A stretch of DNA of 64,000 nt from Bacteroidaceae bacterium (GCA_017481745.1 JAFUOV010000005.1:232-64231); one strand, 5' to 3'; counted from the first letter of the stretch, positions 1 to 9,887 are shown. Notes: generated by a model from the sequence alone, not told the origin. Numbers and translations: made by a program.

Positions 1-88
1 CATTTGCTGTTGGACTCTACAGGTACAATATTTATGAGTTTTTTTGAAATAATTTTGCGATTTTGTTTTGTGTATAAAAAAATAGTAT

Positions 89-96
89 TACCTTTG
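89..96 (+). promoter_or_regulatory. Bacteroidetes-type -7 promoter box TACCTTTG upstream of the tRNA-Val cluster
   Basis: Exact match to the TAnnTTTG consensus, 25 nt upstream of the first tRNA. Confidence 0.5.
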
Positions 97-120
97 CATC
101 GCTTTTCGATAGAGCATATC

Positions 121-195
121 GGGCGTTTAGCTCAGCTGGTTTAGAGCATCTGCCTTACAAGCAGAGGGTCGGCGGTTCGAATCCGTCAACGCCCA
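121..195 (+). tRNA. tRNA-Val (anticodon TAC), copy 1
   Basis: Hand-folded cloverleaf: acceptor GGGCGTT/AACGCCC, D arm GCTC..GAGC, anticodon stem TCTGC/GCAGA with loop CTTACAA, T arm GGCGG-TTCGAAT-CCGTC, 75 nt. Confidence 0.93.
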
Positions 196-240
196 CCGAT
201 AGACAATCAAGCGCGATTGTTTTGAAAAAGAGATATTTAA

Positions 241-315
241 GGGCGTTTAGCTCAGCTGGTTTAGAGCATCTGCCTTACAAGCAGAGGGTCGGCGGTTCGA
301 ATCCGTCAACGCCCA
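241..315 (+). tRNA. tRNA-Val (anticodon TAC), copy 2
   Basis: Sequence identical to copy 1. Confidence 0.93.
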
Positions 316-348
316 CTCTTAAATCTCAATTATAATTACTACACTCAA

Positions 349-423
349 GGGCGTTTAGCTCAGCTGGGTTAGAGCATCTGCCTTACAAGCAGAGGGTCGG
401 CGGTTCGAATCCGTCAACGCCCA
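349..423 (+). tRNA. tRNA-Val (anticodon TAC), copy 3
   Basis: Same as copies 1 and 2 except one D-loop substitution (GGGTT vs GGTTT). Confidence 0.92.
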
Positions 424-435
424 CACAAAAAATTC

Positions 436-470
436 AGACCGTTCTGTTTTACAGAATGGTCTTTTTTGTT
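436..470 (+). terminator. Intrinsic terminator after the tRNA-Val cluster
   Basis: 12-bp stem AGACCGTTCTGT/ACAGAATGGTCT (one G-U pair) followed by TTTTTTGTTTT. Confidence 0.8.
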
Positions 471-506
471 TTATATACACATTCTTTCTAACCTATTTGC
501 TGTACT

Positions 507-1271
507 ATGAAATCATTCTCTATTGTTGCGCCGGTGATGGCTTTGCTGCTCGCATTTGCCTCTTGCCAATGTCATGAAAAAGCTGCTTATGTAAGTTATA
601 CCGATACTATTGAGGTCAATGGTGTTGAGCTGTTCTACGCTGCCGAGGGTGTAGGGAAGCCTGTAATTCTGTTGCATGGCAATGGTGGCAGCCACAACGA
701 TATGGAGACGACGATGCGCCAACTTGCACAAGCCGGCTATATGGTATATGCCTTGGATTCGCGTGGACAGGGTTCTAACACGCCGTTGCCCGAATATCAC
801 TACATAGACATGGCAGAGGATGTGTATTGTTTTATACAAGAGAAGGGGTTGGAGCATCCGGCTGTGTTTGGCTTCAGCGACGGCGGTATTATCGCTATAC
901 AACTCGAGGTGATGTATCCCGGAACGTGGAGTGCCATTACAACCGGTGGTGCCAATATTTTCGTTGAAGATGCTCTTATACCCGAGTTTGCAGCCACATT
1001 CTTGACACAAGAAAATCCCAATCCGCTCACTCGTATGCTTATGGAAGAGCCCAATATGACTATTGAGGAGGTTGCGACAATAGCTTGCCCTGCATTGATT
1101 ATGGCTGGTGAGCACGATTTGATACGTGAGGAGCATACGCACCTTATTGCCAATACTATCCCGCAAGGTGAGGCGCTCATCATCCCGCAAGCCGATCATG
1201 GCTCGTATATTTACCACAACAATCTTGTCGGATTGCATATCCTCGATTTCTTCAAGCGCATAGGTTATTGA
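507..1271 (+). CDS. Alpha/beta hydrolase with signal/lipoprotein-like N-terminus
   Basis: HGNGGS oxyanion-type motif, GFSDGG nucleophile elbow (GxSxG), C-terminal ADHGS; signal peptide ending in Cys. Confidence 0.75.
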   Translation: MKSFSIVAPVMALLLAFASCQCHEKAAYVSYTDTIEVNGVELFYAAEGVGKPVILLHGNGGSHNDMETTMRQLAQAGYMVYALDSRGQGSNTPLPEYHYIDMAEDVYCFIQEKGLEHPAVFGFSDGGIIAIQLEVMYPGTWSAITTGGANIFVEDALIPEFAATFLTQENPNPLTRMLMEEPNMTIEEVATIACPALIMAGEHDLIREEHTHLIANTIPQGEALIIPQADHGSYIYHNNLVGLHILDFFKRIGY

Positions 1272-1460
1272 CACAATTTTGTGTTTCTTTAAAAATTATG
1301 CGATAAAATTATTTTCCTACCGATAAAAATACGTAACTTTACCGCTTGAGAGAGAATATATATCAATGTGGCAGGTTGTCGGTGGTGGCAATGAAATGAT
1401 TGCGTTGCTATGATGTTGGCTCTTAATATGTTAACCTTAAACGCTTGAAAAACTAATTCT

Positions 1461-2558
1461 ATGAAGAGATTGATAGGTATACTCCTATTACCCTTGTGCG
1501 CTTTGGGTGCATCGGCACAATGCAAAGATAAAGCCGATCACGAAGATCACAACCGAGTGGTGAACGTGAATGCCGAGGTGCGAATAGACTTCCAACAGGA
1601 GTATTTGGACAACGAACTCTATAAGCCCAACTCGGGCTTCAAGGGTAAATACCTTACCATTGCCCTCGATGGTCATATCAACAAATATTTCTATTACGCC
1701 TATCGTCAACGTCTCAATCGTGCACACAAAGACGAGAGTTTTTTCGATGCTACCGACTGGGTATATATCAGCTATCGTCCCAATGAGCATTGGGATATCT
1801 CGGCAGGTAAGCAAGTAGTAGGTATTGGTGGCTATGAATACGACCGTTCGCCTATCGACTTGTATTTCAACTCGGAGTATTGGAACAACATTGCCTGCTA
1901 TCAGTTGGGTGTAAGTGTTACCTATGCCATCGGAAATGGTAACGATCGCCTGATGGCACAAGTGTGCGAGAGCCCATATAGCACGCATCAAGACTTTATG
2001 TTTGCCTATAACTTGATGTGGTATGGCAAGCACGATTGGTTCAATACAATCTATTCGCTCAACATGACCGAGTTTAAGCCCGGAGAGTATATCTATTATG
2101 TAGTGTTGGGTAACGAGTTTAAGTTTGATAACTTCAAGTTTCAAATCGACTATATGAACCGCGCCACCAATGGTCATGCCTTCTTCTTCAAAGACGTCTC
2201 TATCATGGGCGAGTTGTCGTATATGATAAAAGACAAAGTAAATGTCTTTGGCAAGGCAACCTACGATGTGAACAAAAGCGGTGTCGAGGGCGACTACAGC
2301 GTTATGCCCGGCACCGAGTTGACACGTGTGGGTGCAGGTGTTGAGTATTATCCATTGTCGAAGGGTCGCAAAGACTTGCGCTTGTTTGCTCACTATAGCT
2401 ACTCGTGGGGTGTAAATGGCAATATAAACGGTACCATTAAAGACAAACAACACTTCTGGGGCGTGGGCGTAAAATGGAATATTGATATTATATCGTTAAC
2501 ACAAAAAATCTTTAAGAAAGATGGAAAATCCGGAAACCCCGAAGAAGCGGAAATTTAA
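1461..2558 (+). CDS. Putative outer-membrane beta-barrel/porin-like protein
   Basis: Signal peptide; alternating aromatic/Gly-rich amphipathic strand pattern resembling Bacteroidetes porins. Family not firmly recognised. Confidence 0.5.
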   Translation: MKRLIGILLLPLCALGASAQCKDKADHEDHNRVVNVNAEVRIDFQQEYLDNELYKPNSGFKGKYLTIALDGHINKYFYYAYRQRLNRAHKDESFFDATDWVYISYRPNEHWDISAGKQVVGIGGYEYDRSPIDLYFNSEYWNNIACYQLGVSVTYAIGNGNDRLMAQVCESPYSTHQDFMFAYNLMWYGKHDWFNTIYSLNMTEFKPGEYIYYVVLGNEFKFDNFKFQIDYMNRATNGHAFFFKDVSIMGELSYMIKDKVNVFGKATYDVNKSGVEGDYSVMPGTELTRVGAGVEYYPLSKGRKDLRLFAHYSYSWGVNGNINGTIKDKQHFWGVGVKWNIDIISLTQKIFKKDGKSGNPEEAEI

Positions 2559-3687
2559 TTTCCTAAAACACGTTCCTACCGGCGTGCCTTGTTTGGTGAT
2601 TGTCGTAGGTTTATTCTGCTTGATTGGCTCGCAAATGGGTGTTTCGCCCATGTTTAAAACTATCATGAATACTGCCCACGACTTGTTGCTCAATACAGTG
2701 TTCTTCCTGATGGCGGTGTGTGTGATTACCGGAGCAATAGGTCGCATCTTTATGGATTTTGGCGTGGTGAAGTTGCTCGAGAAGATGCTTCGCCCGTTGA
2801 TGAAACCGCTGTTCAACCTACCCGGTGTGGCTTCGTTGGGCGCAGTAATGACATTTTTGTCGGACAATCCGGCTATTATCTCGCTCTCGCAAGACAAGCG
2901 CTTTTGTAGCTACTTCAAGAAGTATCAATATATATCACTTACCAACTTTGGTACAGCCTTTGGTATGGGCTTGTTGGTGATTGTGTATATGATAGGCTTG
3001 GGCTACTTTGTAGAACCCTTTATAGGTTTGTTGGGTGCATTCTGCGGCTGTATTGTGTCGACTCGTATAATGCAATATTTCATCTTGAAAGAGTATCCCA
3101 ACTATGCCCACGAAGATGTGGTGGAGGAGGTGGTGAAACGCACTACTAAAGCTCAAGTAGAGGAAGATTCGTTGTTTACCCGCATCCTCAATGCGCTGCT
3201 CGACGGTGGTCGTACCGGTGTCGATGTGGGTATAGCTATCATCCCCGGTGTGCTCATTATTTCGACATTTGTTATGTTGCTCACTTTCGGTCCGAACAAA
3301 GAGACCGGCGAGTTTACCGGTGCTGCATATGAAGGTATCTCGGCATTGCCTTGGTTGGCAGGTAAGATAAACTTTATATTCGATTGGCTCTTTGGATTTA
3401 AAGATCCGCATTTGGTAGCATTCCCCATTACAGCGCTGGGTGCTGTGGGCGCTGCCTTGAGCTTGATACCCGAATTTATCAACGGTGGATATATTGATGG
3501 CAACGCCATAGCCGTATTTACTGCAATAGGTATGTGCTGGAGTGGCTATTTGAGCACTCACACTGCAATGCTCGACTCGCTGGGCTATCGCGAACTCACA
3601 TCAAAGGCTATCCTCTCGCACACCATTGGCGGATTGGTGGCTGCTATCGTTGCACACTGGGTATTTGTGCTGTATGCTCTGATATAA
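2521..3687 (+). CDS. Polytopic inner-membrane protein, nucleoside-recognition (Gate) domain-like (YjiH/SpmA-type)
   Basis: Multiple hydrophobic helices; N-terminal region resembles Gate-domain transporters. Overlaps the upstream ORF by 38 nt. Confidence 0.5.
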   Translation: MENPETPKKRKFNFLKHVPTGVPCLVIVVGLFCLIGSQMGVSPMFKTIMNTAHDLLLNTVFFLMAVCVITGAIGRIFMDFGVVKLLEKMLRPLMKPLFNLPGVASLGAVMTFLSDNPAIISLSQDKRFCSYFKKYQYISLTNFGTAFGMGLLVIVYMIGLGYFVEPFIGLLGAFCGCIVSTRIMQYFILKEYPNYAHEDVVEEVVKRTTKAQVEEDSLFTRILNALLDGGRTGVDVGIAIIPGVLIISTFVMLLTFGPNKETGEFTGAAYEGISALPWLAGKINFIFDWLFGFKDPHLVAFPITALGAVGAALSLIPEFINGGYIDGNAIAVFTAIGMCWSGYLSTHTAMLDSLGYRELTSKAILSHTIGGLVAAIVAHWVFVLYALI

Positions 3688-3832
3688 TAGGCCTGAGCCT
3701 GTTGTATTGGTTGGATAATATGCTTCTTGCGCATATCCTGTTGTTTGTTATATGGTGGTAAACCGCGGATATTGTTGCACTCGCTGTAATAAATATTGAA
3801 GTAAACTTTCATATTTCTTGCTCGTTTGTACG

Positions 3833-3840
3833 TATATTTG
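3833..3840 (+). promoter_or_regulatory. -7 promoter box TATATTTG
   Basis: Exact TAnnTTTG match 20 nt upstream of the ATG at 3860. It lies inside the longer tracked ORF, which argues for the 3860 start. Confidence 0.5.
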
Positions 3841-3859
3841 CACCACGAAACAACAAGGT

Positions 3860-5329
3860 ATGCGCAAGTTTCTTATTATATATATATGTATATTGTCGGC
3901 TATTGCCACCCTTGCATCGCCCAAGTATGAGATGCGAGCTGTGTGGTTGACGACCAATTGGGGGCTTGATTGGCCCTCGCAACCTGCGCGTAATGCTCGA
4001 GAAGCGGTTCGTCAGCAGGAGGAGTTGCGCCGGCTGCTCGATGAGGTAGAAGCGCTTGGGTTCAATACACTATTCTTTCAGGCGCGTATTCGTGGCGAAG
4101 TTTTTTATAATTCCGAGATAGAGCCTTGGAGTCGTATTGTCAGTGGCAAGCCGGGTGTATCGCCGGGCTATGATCCGTTGGCTTTTGTTGTTGCCGAGTG
4201 TCATCGCCGAGGCTTGGAGTGTCATGCGTGGATGGTGAGTATTCCTGTTGGCAGTGTAAAGCAGGTGAAGCAGCAAGGCGCAAGTGCATTGCCTGCTCGA
4301 CATCCCGAGATGTGTGTAAAGCTGAAGGGCGAGTGGTATCTCAACCCCGGACATCCTGCGGTTGCCGATTATCTGGCTTCTATTGCCGAGGAGATTGCCG
4401 ACAACTATGATGTTGATGGCATCCATCTCGATTATATTCGCTACCCCGATGAGATGGGCGCTTTCCCCGATGCCGATACCTACCAACGCTATGCCCCTGA
4501 AGATATGGCATTGGAAGATTGGCGCGTAGAGAATATTTCGCACATTGTAAGAACGGTGTGCGATGTCGTGAAAGATATTGACGAGGCTATCATGGTGAGT
4601 ACGGCTCCGCTGGGGCGCTATACGATGATAGATGGCATGCCGCCATCCGAATGGTGCTGCACAGGAGGTGCTTCGCAAGACGTTGTGCAATGGATGTTGG
4701 AGGGTTACAACGATTTTGTAGCTCCCATGATGTATTACCGCGATAGTAACTTCTTTCCTTACCTTAATGATTGGGTAGAGCGCACTGACGGCGAGGGCTA
4801 TGTTGTGGCAGGATTGGGTGCCTATCGCATGGAGCGAGGCGAGGGCGATTGGTCGCTCGATGATTTACGACACCAACTGCAAGCAACTCGACATTATGGT
4901 GCTGCAGGGCAGGCCTTCTTCAGGTTACAACATCTGTTGCGTTTCCCCGATTTGGCGCAATTCTTGTCGGGCGATTTTTATCGTTATCGTGCCTTAGTGC
5001 CGCCGATGGTCAAGGTGCATGCACCACTTGCCGCAACACCGCCGGTGGTAGAGCTGAAGAGTGGCTATAGCGGCGATACCCTAGTGTGGCAACCTGTCGA
5101 TGCTGCAGTGCGCTATGCCGTTTATGCTGATGTGTCGGATAGTGTTGATATTGAGGATGTTACCAATCTTGTATATACGTGGGTAACCGATACAACGGTC
5201 GTACTGCCCGCCATGCAATATAGGTCGTTTGCAGTAACGGCTATTGATGCCTATCGCCGAGAGACAGAGCCCTGCTACATAAACGCTCGCAAACTGCCTC
5301 ATTACAATGTTTCTCTATTTTGCAAATAA
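3860..5329 (+). CDS. Glycoside hydrolase-like family 10 (GHL10/DUF187, YngK-like) lipoprotein
   Basis: MRAVWLTTNWGLDWPS opening and TIM-barrel-like motifs (FFQAR, HAWM, GIHLDYIRYP) typical of this family; signal peptide from M at 3860. Confidence 0.7.
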   Translation: MRKFLIIYICILSAIATLASPKYEMRAVWLTTNWGLDWPSQPARNAREAVRQQEELRRLLDEVEALGFNTLFFQARIRGEVFYNSEIEPWSRIVSGKPGVSPGYDPLAFVVAECHRRGLECHAWMVSIPVGSVKQVKQQGASALPARHPEMCVKLKGEWYLNPGHPAVADYLASIAEEIADNYDVDGIHLDYIRYPDEMGAFPDADTYQRYAPEDMALEDWRVENISHIVRTVCDVVKDIDEAIMVSTAPLGRYTMIDGMPPSEWCCTGGASQDVVQWMLEGYNDFVAPMMYYRDSNFFPYLNDWVERTDGEGYVVAGLGAYRMERGEGDWSLDDLRHQLQATRHYGAAGQAFFRLQHLLRFPDLAQFLSGDFYRYRALVPPMVKVHAPLAATPPVVELKSGYSGDTLVWQPVDAAVRYAVYADVSDSVDIEDVTNLVYTWVTDTTVVLPAMQYRSFAVTAIDAYRRETEPCYINARKLPHYNVSLFCK

Positions 5330-5358
5330 TATGTTTGTGCGATTATGGAGTATTTTAT

Positions 5359-5366
5359 TATCTTTG
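5359..5366 (+). promoter_or_regulatory. -7 promoter box TATCTTTG upstream of manA
   Basis: Exact TAnnTTTG match 33 nt upstream of the start codon. Confidence 0.5.
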
Positions 5367-5398
5367 CAGTCGTAGTAGCTAAATGAGAAACACGCACT

Positions 5399-6376
5399 AT
5401 GTATATACTCAAGTTTCAAGATATCTACAAAACACCAATCTGGGGCGGTAGCAAAATAGGCACGTTCAAGGGCAAAACACTCGACTTGAGCTCGGTGGGC
5501 GAGAGTTGGGAGATTTCGGCTGTTGAGGGCGACCTGTCGATTGTTGCCAATGGTGTCGATGCCGGCAAAACGATTGCCGAGCTGATGGCACGCGACGGTG
5601 AACGATTGGTGGGTGCGCATGTGGCTCGATATTTTGGCACAACTTTCCCTTTGTTGGTGAAGTTTATTGATGCACACGACAACTTGTCGATACAGGTGCA
5701 TCCCGACGATAAATTGGCTCGTGAGCGTCATAATGCCTTCGGGAAAACCGAGATGTGGTATGTGATTGATGCCGAGCCGGGAGCAGGCTTGTATTCGGGT
5801 TTTTCAAAGGCGATAACTCCCGAAGAGTATGTTGAGCGTGTCGCCAACAATACCATTATGGACGTTTTGCAGTTTCATCCGGTGCATCCGGGCGATGTCT
5901 TTTATCTGCCGTCGGGTCGTATTCATGCCATTGGCAGCGGTGTGTTCATTGCCGAGATACAGCAGACGTCCAATATAACCTATCGTATTTTTGACTACAA
6001 TCGCGTGGATAAAAGTGGTAATCCGCGAGAGTTGCATACCGAGTTGGCAAAGGATGCAATAGACTATAAAATGTATGACAATCTCAAGATGGAGTATATA
6101 CCTATCAAGAACCAAGCCGTTGAGTTGGTAGATTGTCCCTATTTCACTACCACATTGTTGCAACTCGATATCCCGATGGAGCGCCCCATAGCTCTGTATG
6201 ACTCGTTTATGGTATATGTATGTATGCGAGGTAGTGCCCGCATCACAGCCGACAATGGTACGTGGGTCGATGTCAAGCAAGGCGAAACATGTCTTGTTCC
6301 TGCCGAGATAGGCAGTGTGAAGGTACACCCCAATATGTATACCGAGTTGCTCGAAAGCTACGTGCGTAAAGACTAA
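5399..6376 (+). CDS. manA: Mannose-6-phosphate isomerase, class I
   Basis: PIWGG, LVKFIDA..LSIQVHPDD and KTEMWYV motifs of type I PMI cupins. Confidence 0.85.
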   Translation: MYILKFQDIYKTPIWGGSKIGTFKGKTLDLSSVGESWEISAVEGDLSIVANGVDAGKTIAELMARDGERLVGAHVARYFGTTFPLLVKFIDAHDNLSIQVHPDDKLARERHNAFGKTEMWYVIDAEPGAGLYSGFSKAITPEEYVERVANNTIMDVLQFHPVHPGDVFYLPSGRIHAIGSGVFIAEIQQTSNITYRIFDYNRVDKSGNPRELHTELAKDAIDYKMYDNLKMEYIPIKNQAVELVDCPYFTTTLLQLDIPMERPIALYDSFMVYVCMRGSARITADNGTWVDVKQGETCLVPAEIGSVKVHPNMYTELLESYVRKD

Positions 6377-6417
6377 AAGCCTGTTTCGATAGGCACACAC
6401 CACAACCCCTATTTACG

Positions 6418-6864
6418 ATGGAAGTAAACAAAGAACTCGACGAGAAGTATATGCGCATGGCATTGCAGGAGGCGCAGCAAGCCGCCGATGCCGACGAGAT
6501 ACCCGTCGGGGCTGTCGTTGTGAGCAATGGGCGCATCATAGCTCGGGCTCACAATCTCACCGAGATGCTGTGCGATGTAACTGCCCATGCCGAGATGCAG
6601 GCTATTACCTCGGCTGCCAACAATCTGGGTGGTAAGTATCTCAACGATTGCACTTTATATGTAACACTCGAACCCTGCGTGATGTGTGCCGGAGCGATAG
6701 GGTGGGCACAAGTGTCGCGCCTTGTGTATGGAGCTTCCGACCCTCGTCGCGGATATAGCCAACTTGCTCCCGATGCACTGCATCCCAAGGCACAAGTCAG
6801 CTCGGGAGTTCTTGCCGATGAGTGTCAGGCTCTCATTCAAGATTTCTTTCGCAAGAAAAGATAG
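6418..6864 (+). CDS. tadA: tRNA adenosine(34) deaminase
   Basis: CDA-fold zinc motifs HAEMQAI and PCVMCAGA; size 148 aa. Confidence 0.9.
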   Translation: MEVNKELDEKYMRMALQEAQQAADADEIPVGAVVVSNGRIIARAHNLTEMLCDVTAHAEMQAITSAANNLGGKYLNDCTLYVTLEPCVMCAGAIGWAQVSRLVYGASDPRRGYSQLAPDALHPKAQVSSGVLADECQALIQDFFRKKR

Positions 6865-6904
6865 TTCCGGTAAGCCATAAATATCAATAAAATATCAATA
6901 AATC

Positions 6905-6937
6905 AGCTTTTTGTGCGAAAAAGCTTGCTGCTTTTTT
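6905..6937 (+). terminator. Intrinsic terminator after tadA
   Basis: Stem AGCTTTTT/AAAAAGCT with loop GTGCG, then a T-run. Confidence 0.6.
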
Positions 6938-6957
6938 GTGGGTACAAAAAAAATGCC

Positions 6958-6965
6958 TACCTTTG
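6958..6965 (+). promoter_or_regulatory. -7 promoter box TACCTTTG upstream of rpsA
   Basis: Exact TAnnTTTG match 72 nt upstream of the rpsA ATG. Confidence 0.55.
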
Positions 6966-7036
6966 TCCCCGATTTTATCAGACCATATAATGTCTAATTT
7001 ATTAATCACAAACCAAAATTTAATTATTAACTAACA

Positions 7037-8827
7037 ATGAGCGAAGAATTTAAAAGCCCGGTAGAAAACTTTGACTGGGATGCCTTTGAAAAAGGTGAAG
7101 TCTTCGGTGGTAAGAGCCGCGAAGAATTGGAGGCTGCTTACAACCAAACCTTGAACGCTGTCAAGGACAAAGAGGTACAAGAAGGTACCATTATCTCGAT
7201 GAACAAACGCGAAGTCGTTGTTAACATCGGTTACAAATCGGACGGTATCATTCCTATGAGCGAGTTCCGTTACAATCCCGATTTGAAAATCGGCGACACT
7301 GTAGAAGTATACGTAGAGAGCCAAGAAGACCGCAAAGGTCAACTCATTCTCTCGCACAAGAAAGCTCGCGCTGCTCACTCTTGGGAGCGTGTTAATGCTG
7401 CTTTCGACAACAACGAGATTATCACAGGTTACATCAAATGCCGTACTAAAGGCGGTATGATTGTAGAAGTATTTGGTGGCACAGAGGCATTCCTCCCCGG
7501 CTCTCAAATCGACGTTAAGCCTATCCGCGACTACGATATCCTCGTTGGCAAAACAATGGAATTCAAAGTTGTTAAAATCAACCAAGAGTATCGCAACGTT
7601 GTTGTTTCGCACAAAGCCCTCATCGAGGCCGAAATCGAAGCACAAAAGAAAGAAATTATCGCAAGCCTCCAAAAAGGTTCTGTATTGGCAGGTACTGTCA
7701 AGAACATCACTTCTTACGGTGTGTTCATCGACCTTGGTGGTATCGACGGTCTTATCCACATCACCGACCTCTCTTGGGGCCGCGTAAATCATCCCGAAGA
7801 GGTTGTTTCTCTCGATCAAAAACTCGAAGTGGTTGTTCTCGACTACGATGAGGAGAAGAAACGCATCGCCCTCGGTCTTAAACAACTCCAACCCCATCCC
7901 TGGGATGCTCTTCCCGCCGACCTCAAAGTGGGCGACAAAGTACAAGGTAAGGTTGTCGTTATGGCAGACTACGGTGCATTTATCGAAATCCTCCCCGGTG
8001 TTGAAGGTCTCATCCACGTTTCTGAGATGTCTTGGTCACAACACCTCCGCAGCGCTCAAGACTTCATGAAAGTTGGCGACGATGTTGAGGCTGTAGTACT
8101 TACTCTCGACCGCGAGGAGCGTAAGATGTCTCTCGGTATCAAACAACTCAAAGACGATCCTTGGCAAAACATCGAGACCAAATATGCTGTTGGTTCTCGC
8201 CACGCTGCCAAAGTTCGCAACTTCACTAACTTCGGCGTATTCGTTGAAATCGAAGAGGGTGTTGACGGCTTGATCCACATCAGCGACCTCTCTTGGACTA
8301 AGAAAATCAAACACCCCTCTGAGTTCACTCAAATTGGTGCTACTATCGACGTTCAAGTTCTCGAAATCGACAAAGAAAACCGTCGTCTCAGCCTCGGTCA
8401 CAAACAACTCGAAGCTAATCCTTGGGACAAATTTGAGGAAATCTACAAAGTAGACACTATCCACCAAGGTACTATCGAAGAGTTGCTCGAGCGTGGTGCT
8501 GTAGTTTCTTTGCCCGAAGGCGTTGAAGGCTTTGCTACTCCCAAACACCTTGTTAAACAAGATGGCTCTCAAGCTCAAGTGAAAGAGACTCTCGACTTCA
8601 AGGTTATCGAGTTCAACAAAGAGACTAAACGCATCATCCTTTCTCACAGCCGCATCTTCGAAGACGAAGCTAAGGCCGAAGTGAAGAAAGAAGCTGCTGC
8701 AAAACGTCCCGCTAAGAAAGCTAAACCCGCAGAGGAAGCTCCTGCAATTCCCGCAGTAGAGAAAACAACTCTCGGTGATATCGACGCTTTGGCAGCTCTC
8801 AAAGAGAAAATGGCTAAAGGCGAATAA
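7037..8827 (+). CDS. rpsA: 30S ribosomal protein S1
   Basis: Six S1-domain repeats (G..V.G.V......G.F........G..H.S) and a Lys/Ala-rich tail; 596 aa. Confidence 0.97.
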   Translation: MSEEFKSPVENFDWDAFEKGEVFGGKSREELEAAYNQTLNAVKDKEVQEGTIISMNKREVVVNIGYKSDGIIPMSEFRYNPDLKIGDTVEVYVESQEDRKGQLILSHKKARAAHSWERVNAAFDNNEIITGYIKCRTKGGMIVEVFGGTEAFLPGSQIDVKPIRDYDILVGKTMEFKVVKINQEYRNVVVSHKALIEAEIEAQKKEIIASLQKGSVLAGTVKNITSYGVFIDLGGIDGLIHITDLSWGRVNHPEEVVSLDQKLEVVVLDYDEEKKRIALGLKQLQPHPWDALPADLKVGDKVQGKVVVMADYGAFIEILPGVEGLIHVSEMSWSQHLRSAQDFMKVGDDVEAVVLTLDREERKMSLGIKQLKDDPWQNIETKYAVGSRHAAKVRNFTNFGVFVEIEEGVDGLIHISDLSWTKKIKHPSEFTQIGATIDVQVLEIDKENRRLSLGHKQLEANPWDKFEEIYKVDTIHQGTIEELLERGAVVSLPEGVEGFATPKHLVKQDGSQAQVKETLDFKVIEFNKETKRIILSHSRIFEDEAKAEVKKEAAAKRPAKKAKPAEEAPAIPAVEKTTLGDIDALAALKEKMAKGE

Positions 8828-8852
8828 TTCTCGCTGAGTCTATAACTTCTTT

Positions 8853-8889
8853 CGACGGCTGCACCATCGGTGCGGCCGTCGTTCTTTTC
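8853..8889 (+). terminator. Intrinsic terminator after rpsA
   Basis: GC-rich hairpin CGACGGCTGCACC-ATC-GGTGCGGCCGTCG followed by TTCTTTTC. Confidence 0.7.
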
Positions 8890-8966
8890 AATCGCTCTTC
8901 CTGTTCAATAGGATGCTCCTTTGTATGCCTGTTTTGCAATAGATTACCCAACCTATACCTATCGCT

Positions 8967-9887
8967 ATGTCGAGATTTGAAGTCAATATATTGGGCTGTG
9001 GTGCAGCAACACCCACCATGCGACACTTGCCTACGGCTCAAGTGGTAAATGTGCGCGATAAGCTGTTTATGGTCGATTGTGGCGAGGGTGCGCAAGTCGC
9101 ATTCCGTCGTGCACACCTCAACTACAACCGGTTGGGGCACATCTTTCTCTCGCACCTGCATGGCGATCATTGCTTTGGTTTGTTTGGCTTGCTTTCTACC
9201 ATGGCACTTACGGGGCATACGGGCGAACTTGTTATTCATGCACACCCCGATGCCGAGGTGCTGTTGCGCCCGATGTTCGACTATTTCTGCCGCGAAAATC
9301 CCTTCGATATACGCTTCAATGCGCTGTCGCCGTCGTCGAGCGAGGTTGTATATAGCGACCGCAGCGTCAGTGTGCGCACCATTCCGCTCAAACATCGCAT
9401 ACCTACTTGCGGTTTCCTCTTTGAAGAGGCGGTTGGCGATCGACACTTGCGTGGCGATATGGTCGAGTTTTATAATATTCCCACCTATATGCGCGCCGCT
9501 ATCAAGCAAGGTGCCGACTTTGCGACGCCCGACGGCAAGGTCGTTCCCAACTCGCAACTCACATTGCCACCTACGCCGCCGGCTCGATATGCCTATTGTA
9601 GCGATACGATGTATAGCGAGGGCATTATCCCCTACATCGAGGGTGTCGACTTGTTGTATCACGAAGCAACCTATGCCGATGATGCCGAGGCTATGGCACG
9701 CACTACATACCACTCTACGGCACGTCAGGCTGCCCGTATTGCAGCCAAGGCTCACGTGGGTCGTCTGCTTTTGGGACACTTCTCGGCGCGATACAACGAT
9801 GAAAAGATACTCTTACAGCAAGCCCTTGAGGAGTTTGCTCATACCGAGCTTGCCCATGAGAATATGAATGTCGTTTTGCGACGATAG
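8967..9887 (+). CDS. rnz: Ribonuclease Z
   Basis: MBL motif HLHGDH, N-terminal ILGCGAATP, typical 306-aa RNase Z layout. Confidence 0.9.
   Translation: MSRFEVNILGCGAATPTMRHLPTAQVVNVRDKLFMVDCGEGAQVAFRRAHLNYNRLGHIFLSHLHGDHCFGLFGLLSTMALTGHTGELVIHAHPDAEVLLRPMFDYFCRENPFDIRFNALSPSSSEVVYSDRSVSVRTIPLKHRIPTCGFLFEEAVGDRHLRGDMVEFYNIPTYMRAAIKQGADFATPDGKVVPNSQLTLPPTPPARYAYCSDTMYSEGIIPYIEGVDLLYHEATYADDAEAMARTTYHSTARQAARIAAKAHVGRLLLGHFSARYNDEKILLQQALEEFAHTELAHENMNVVLRR

Noticed and set aside
1272-1460. Possible riboswitch upstream of the porin-like gene (GGCAGGTTGTCGGTGGTGGCAATGAAATGATTGCG...)
   Set aside because: I could not match it to any riboswitch consensus I know, and it has no clear terminator or anti-terminator pair. 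There is not enough evidence to report it.
7031-8017. 328-aa ORF antisense to rpsA, plus several nested same-strand ORFs (7473-7787, 7803-8069, 8036-8647)
   Set aside because: They overlap the highly conserved S1 gene and have no motifs. These are shadow ORFs.
8814-9779. 321-aa ORF antisense to rnz, plus +1-frame ORFs 9049-9867 and 9077-9355
   Set aside because: They overlap a clear RNase Z gene. The Arg/Cys-rich translations are typical of out-of-frame reading.
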